Below, in pieces: positions 61,108 to 64,000 of a stretch of 64,000 bases of DNA. The stretch comes from Bacilli bacterium. Lineage in GTDB: Bacteria; Bacillota_I; Bacilli_A; RFN20; CAG-449. Under the pieces are notes generated by a model. It saw only the letters and a list, made by a program, of their open reading frames with translations. It searched no databases and was not told the origin of the DNA. Positions within the stretch are counted from its first letter, which is position 1. Each line of letters starts with the position of its first letter. The stretch spans positions 9,240 to 73,239 of the forward strand of contig DBGCPK010000017.1 of the NCBI GenBank assembly GCA_048359995.1. The letters are read 5' to 3'. A program made the position numbers and the translations under genes.

Positions 61108-61179
61108 GGGTATAGTTAAATGGTATAGCAACGGTCTCCAAAACCGTTATTGCGGGTTCGATTCCTGCTACCCCTGCCA
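61106..61179 (+). tRNA. tRNA-Trp (anticodon CCA)
   Basis: AGGGGTATAGTTAAATGGTA...ACGGTCTCCAAAACCGT...GCGGGTTCGATTCCTGC TACCCCT G CCA; start overlaps yqeY stop codon by 2 nt. Confidence 0.85.
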
Positions 61180-61195
61180 TTCAAAAAAACCAAAA

Positions 61196-61221
61196 GAATA
61201 CCAGTTGGTGTTCTTTTTTTT
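61196..61221 (+). terminator. rho-independent terminator after tRNA-Trp
   Basis: GAATACCAgttgGTGTTC hairpin plus T8. Confidence 0.6.
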
Positions 61222-61291
61222 ATCGCTTGAAACTGCACCGTATCAACGCCAAAACGCACGAAACGACACTTTTTAGCAATTTGGATTTTTA

Positions 61292-61669
61292 GTGATATTT
61301 TATTTAAAATCATTTGATTCTACAAATGCTAATAAAGAAGCAATTAATGAAATCTTTTGTGTTCTAATAGTGATAGATGTATTGTTTGCAATTTGTTTTA
61401 TTTCTTCTTTGATTATTTATCTATATAGATTTTTGCCATTTATTAATTCACAAGGGAAACTTATTCGTCTTAAAATCCTTGAAAGGCACATAGGAAGTGT
61501 AATGTATGGAAAATTTGAAACAGATAATTTAAATAAAGAAGTTAGAATTAGATTTGTATCTAGATCTTTCGTCAATTATTTTGCTTCATATCAAGTTGGA
61601 GATTATGCTGAGTGTTTTGTTAGAGAGCAAGATTTTTCAGACCCTAAAATTGTTGTTCTTTATAGATAA
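61292..61669 (+). CDS. hypothetical small membrane protein (island)
   Basis: 125 aa, one or two TM helices, AT-rich codon usage. Confidence 0.4.
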   Translation: MIFYLKSFDSTNANKEAINEIFCVLIVIDVLFAICFISSLIIYLYRFLPFINSQGKLIRLKILERHIGSVMYGKFETDNLNKEVRIRFVSRSFVNYFASYQVGDYAECFVREQDFSDPKIVVLYR

Positions 61670-61744
61670 AATTGAAATTACAGTTATCCTTCTTAAATTA
61701 AAAATTTAGTATGCTTGCAACAATAAATAATTATAGTGATTTCG

Positions 61745-61835
61745 AATAAAACGATTAATAACGCATAGAATTGATTTAGTATTATTTCGTGCGTTTTTTA
61801 CATTTGAAATTTTAATGTGAAATCATATTTAATCG
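61745..61835 (+). repeat. ~90-bp imperfect direct repeat, copy 1
   Basis: AATAAAACGATTAAtAACGCATAgA...TTTTTACATTTGAAaTTTTAATGTGAAAT; ~80% identical to copy 2. Confidence 0.65.
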
Positions 61836-61919
61836 AACTAAAGTATAGGTGATTCGCACATTTCGTGGTACAATATAAAATACAAATAAAGTGATAAATT
61901 GCTATTAGAGGAGAAAATT

Positions 61920-62354
61920 ATGAAAAAAATATTTACGAGCCTTTTGTACGGATTATTATTTGCTTTAACTTTTGCTTTGTCTGCTTGTGGTAATAAAAAT
62001 GGAACGTATTATCCTAATAATTCGGAAATGAAAACAAATCTTGAAGAGAATGGTTATGTTGTAACTATATATCAAGATTTATCAGATAATGATGGAAATC
62101 ATCACGCAGGAACGCTCTTATTTGCAAGTAAAAGCCGTGAAAATGAGCAAGAAGAATATTTATATTTCTATCGCTTTGATAATGCCAATTCTTGCGATTA
62201 TTACTACACCGCTATGGAAAAAGAATGTAAAAACTATAATTCGTTGGTAAAAATCGAAAACGACGAAAAATTTGGTAATATCGTTTATTGCGGAACAGAG
62301 AAAGCCATAGACGATGCGGGAATTATAGTAGTCGAAGTGAAAGTTAAAGTGTAA
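61920..62354 (+). CDS. hypothetical lipoprotein (island)
   Basis: Signal peptide plus lipobox FALSAC after AGAGGAG RBS; 144 aa. Confidence 0.5.
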   Translation: MKKIFTSLLYGLLFALTFALSACGNKNGTYYPNNSEMKTNLEENGYVVTIYQDLSDNDGNHHAGTLLFASKSRENEQEEYLYFYRFDNANSCDYYYTAMEKECKNYNSLVKIENDEKFGNIVYCGTEKAIDDAGIIVVEVKVKV

Positions 62355-62400
62355 ATTGCAATTCATTTAATAATTTTTAAAGCATTATTAAGAAATAATC

Positions 62401-62490
62401 AATAAAACGATTAAAACGCATAAGAGCAAATAAGTGGTATTTCATGCGCTTTTTTACATTTGAATTTTTAATGTGAAATAATTAATAAAA
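62401..62490 (+). repeat. ~90-bp imperfect direct repeat, copy 2
   Basis: AATAAAACGATTAAaAACGCATAaG...TTTTTACATTTGAA-TTTTAATGTGAAAT. Confidence 0.65.
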
Positions 62491-62853
62491 ATTGGAGACT
62501 TAATTGAATTCATTAACACAAGTACTAATGAAGTATTATCTTGTGTTGTGACTAATCTTATAGATATTCTAATTTCAAAGAACTATATATGCACTACGAA
62601 AAAAAGTATAGGCTATAAAGAAAATGAAGAAGCCGATCCAAGAGACATGCTTGTTTATTATTCTCAAGAAAGTATAGAGAAATTTGATGTTCTTGGAATT
62701 GAAATTAAGTTATTAAAAATTAATATTCAATGATTGTGATAATATAGAGGTAATAAAACCTAGTAAAGATGGTAATTATGTTGTTTAGTTTAAATCCTGC
62801 TCAAGCTAGTAAGGTTCGAACCTACTAACGAGTGAAATATAAGCACATAAAAA

Positions 62854-62895
62854 CCTCCTTGAATTGTTCAGTTTCAAAGAGGCATTTTTTATTTG
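62854..62895 (+). terminator. rho-independent terminator within island
   Basis: CCTCCTTGAAttgttcagtTTCAAAGAGG plus cATTTTTTATTT. Confidence 0.5.
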
Positions 62896-62992
62896 TTAAT
62901 CATAATTCCAACTTTGCAAAGTGAACATTTTTTTCTAACTTTGTAATCAGCGTGAATAAGGGATTTGTTATAAATTTTTTATTTCTTTCAAT

Positions 62993-63184
62993 GTTATACG
63001 GCTCATAATCTAAGGCATACATGTGCAACATTAGCTTTAAAGAATGGAGCAAAAGAAAGTGAAGTTCAAATGGTTTTAAGGCATAATTCAATTAACACAG
63101 CTATGATTTACTCTCATCATATTGAAAGAGAAACCAATAATACTGAGTTAATTGTTGCTGATGCAATTTTAAAAAATAATTAGC
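62993..63184 (+). pseudogene. tyrosine recombinase (phage integrase) C-terminal remnant
   Basis: Frame reads ...NLRHTCATLALKNGAKESEVQMVLRHNSINTAMIYSHHIERETNN* (R-H-T..AT and LRH.S...T..YSH box with catalytic Tyr); preceded by in-frame stop at 62990, no upstream catalytic domains. Confidence 0.6.
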
Positions 63185-63227
63185 GTTTTTTATCGTGGTT
63201 TTATATCGCTAAAGGAAAGGACAATTA

Positions 63228-63450
63228 TGGAAAAAGAACAACTAAACAATGTCTCGCTTTTTGAGCGTGACTCAATTGGAACAATCAGAACCAGTATCGA
63301 TGAATTTGGAGACCTGTATTCTGCCTTAAAGATGTGTGTAATATTTTAGAAATCAAAAATGCATCTAATGCAAAATCAAGACTTAGATCTAATAGAATAG
63401 TTAAACTTACTGGCCAATCAAATGGTGGAAATCATCATATTCATATATAA
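63228..63450 (+). pseudogene. Bro-N (phage antirepressor N-terminal domain) gene with single-nucleotide frameshift
   Basis: Frame 0: MEKEQLNNVSLFERDSIGTIRTSIDEFGD...* ; frame +1 continues ...IWRPVFCLKDVCNILEIKNASNAKSRLRSNRIVKL..., together matching Bro-N consensus (IRT..IDGEPWF.AKDVC.ILE); shift lies in the gaa(a)ttt run near 63303. Confidence 0.55.
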
Positions 63451-63665
63451 CGATTGTTATTGCAGATGGATGAGCTATAAAATTTAATTGTGAGAATAGT
63501 AGTATAAATGACCTTATTGTTTCACGAAAAAAAGATGCTAAAATAAATAGGAATTTTTAAATTCTTCTTAAGGTAATATGATAAAATAAAAATATTAAAA
63601 TGTATGTCGCATTTTGATAAAAAAACAACTCTTATTAAGTGAAAATATTTTCAGAGGATAAATCT

Positions 63666-64000
63666 ATGAGAGACAAAATAGAAAACTCCTTACTTAGTGC
63701 ACTTAAAAAAAACGATGAAGGGGAAGTAGAAAGAATTTTTGAGACTATCTATAACCAGTATTACAAATTGGTTTATTTTTGTATTGCAAAATACATAAAT
63801 GAAGAAGAAACAATTAAGGAATTAACAAACTATGCCTTTTTAAAGTTTTTTGAAAATATTTCAAGTATTAATTCATCAATAAAATACTATTTACTAACGA
63901 TTGCAAAAAATATTGCAAAAACTTATTTAAGTAAAGAAAAGAATTTTATATTAGTAAGTGATGAATTAATTCTAAATTATCCTGATTATTCTATTTGTAG
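63666..64000 (+). CDS. sigma-70 family RNA polymerase sigma factor, N-terminal part (region 2), continues beyond window
   Basis: GAGGA RBS; ...EEETIKELTNYAFLKFFENI... and ...YLLTIAKNIAKTYL... resemble sigma70 regions 2.1-2.4; very AT-rich. Confidence 0.5.
   Translation, partial: MRDKIENSLLSALKKNDEGEVERIFETIYNQYYKLVYFCIAKYINEEETIKELTNYAFLKFFENISSINSSIKYYLLTIAKNIAKTYLSKEKNFILVSDELILNYPDYSIC

Larger units (their letters stand above)
61230..64000. mobile_element. AT-rich horizontally acquired island adjacent to tRNA-Trp (degraded integrative element; continues past window end)
   Basis: Abrupt drop from moderate-GC DNA with GAA/GCG-rich codons to very AT-rich DNA right after tRNA-Trp; contains integrase C-terminal remnant, frameshifted Bro-N gene, sigma-70 family gene, lipoprotein cassettes and ~90-bp direct repeats. 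Confidence 0.6.

Noticed and set aside
61745-62490. Interpretation of the ~90-bp direct repeats as integron attC sites
   Set aside because: No RYYYAAC/GTTRRRY core sites at the repeat ends and no intI nearby; the integrase fragment is a phage-type tyrosine recombinase.

Overview
This ~64 kb window is a chromosomal segment from a low-GC, endospore-forming Firmicute. The gene order from rqcH through rpmB is syntenic with the Bacillus subtilis ylo region (rqcH, gmk, priA, rsmB-like, rlmN, stp, kinase, rsgA, rpe, then rpmB on the opposite strand). Almost all of it is core housekeeping. Read 5' to 3', it contains: an MFS transporter running off the left edge; a CaCA antiporter and a CwlJ/SleB-like hydrolase; a yybP-ykoY (Mn2+) riboswitch leading mntP; a csoR-copA copper operon with a recognisable CsoR operator; a ydbS/ydbT bPH_2 pair; trmL; rqcH; the gmk-priA...rpe block; rpmB; an RsmF-like methyltransferase; a complete F1Fo ATP synthase operon (atpI-B-E-F-H-A-G-D-C); dtd, mnmA, a NUDIX hydrolase and rimO; a solitary MazF-like gene followed by a Mug-like glycosylase; tRNA-Thr; an Amidase_3-like gene, tspO, greA and comEA-comEC; the rimP-nusA-ylxR-L7Ae-infB-rbfA operon; rpsT and gpr; fmt; a MocR/PdxR-like regulator divergent from an ECF S component; an NptA Na/Pi symporter; a tRNA cluster (Ala-Pro-Arg and Cys, minus strand); an ABC-F ATPase; yqeY; and tRNA-Trp. 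The observations most worth a second look are: a catalytically dead RsmB paralog kept at the conserved rsmB position; a c-subunit with a two-carboxylate Na+-binding signature, suggesting a Na+-coupled F-ATPase; a kinase-domain-only PrkC; a reshuffled ylo locus lacking rpoZ, coaBC, def and fmt; an N-terminally extended solitary MazF-like protein; an attenuator-like leader before rimP; and a sharp drop to very AT-rich DNA immediately after tRNA-Trp (about 61.2 kb to the window end). That AT-rich stretch looks like the start of a degraded integrative element, carrying lipoprotein cassettes flanked by ~90-bp direct repeats, a tyrosine-integrase C-terminal remnant, a frameshifted Bro-N gene and a partial sigma-70 family gene. 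No CRISPR array and no intact IS element or complete defence system was recognised. All calls rest on reading the sequence and translations by eye against remembered family motifs; no searches were run.
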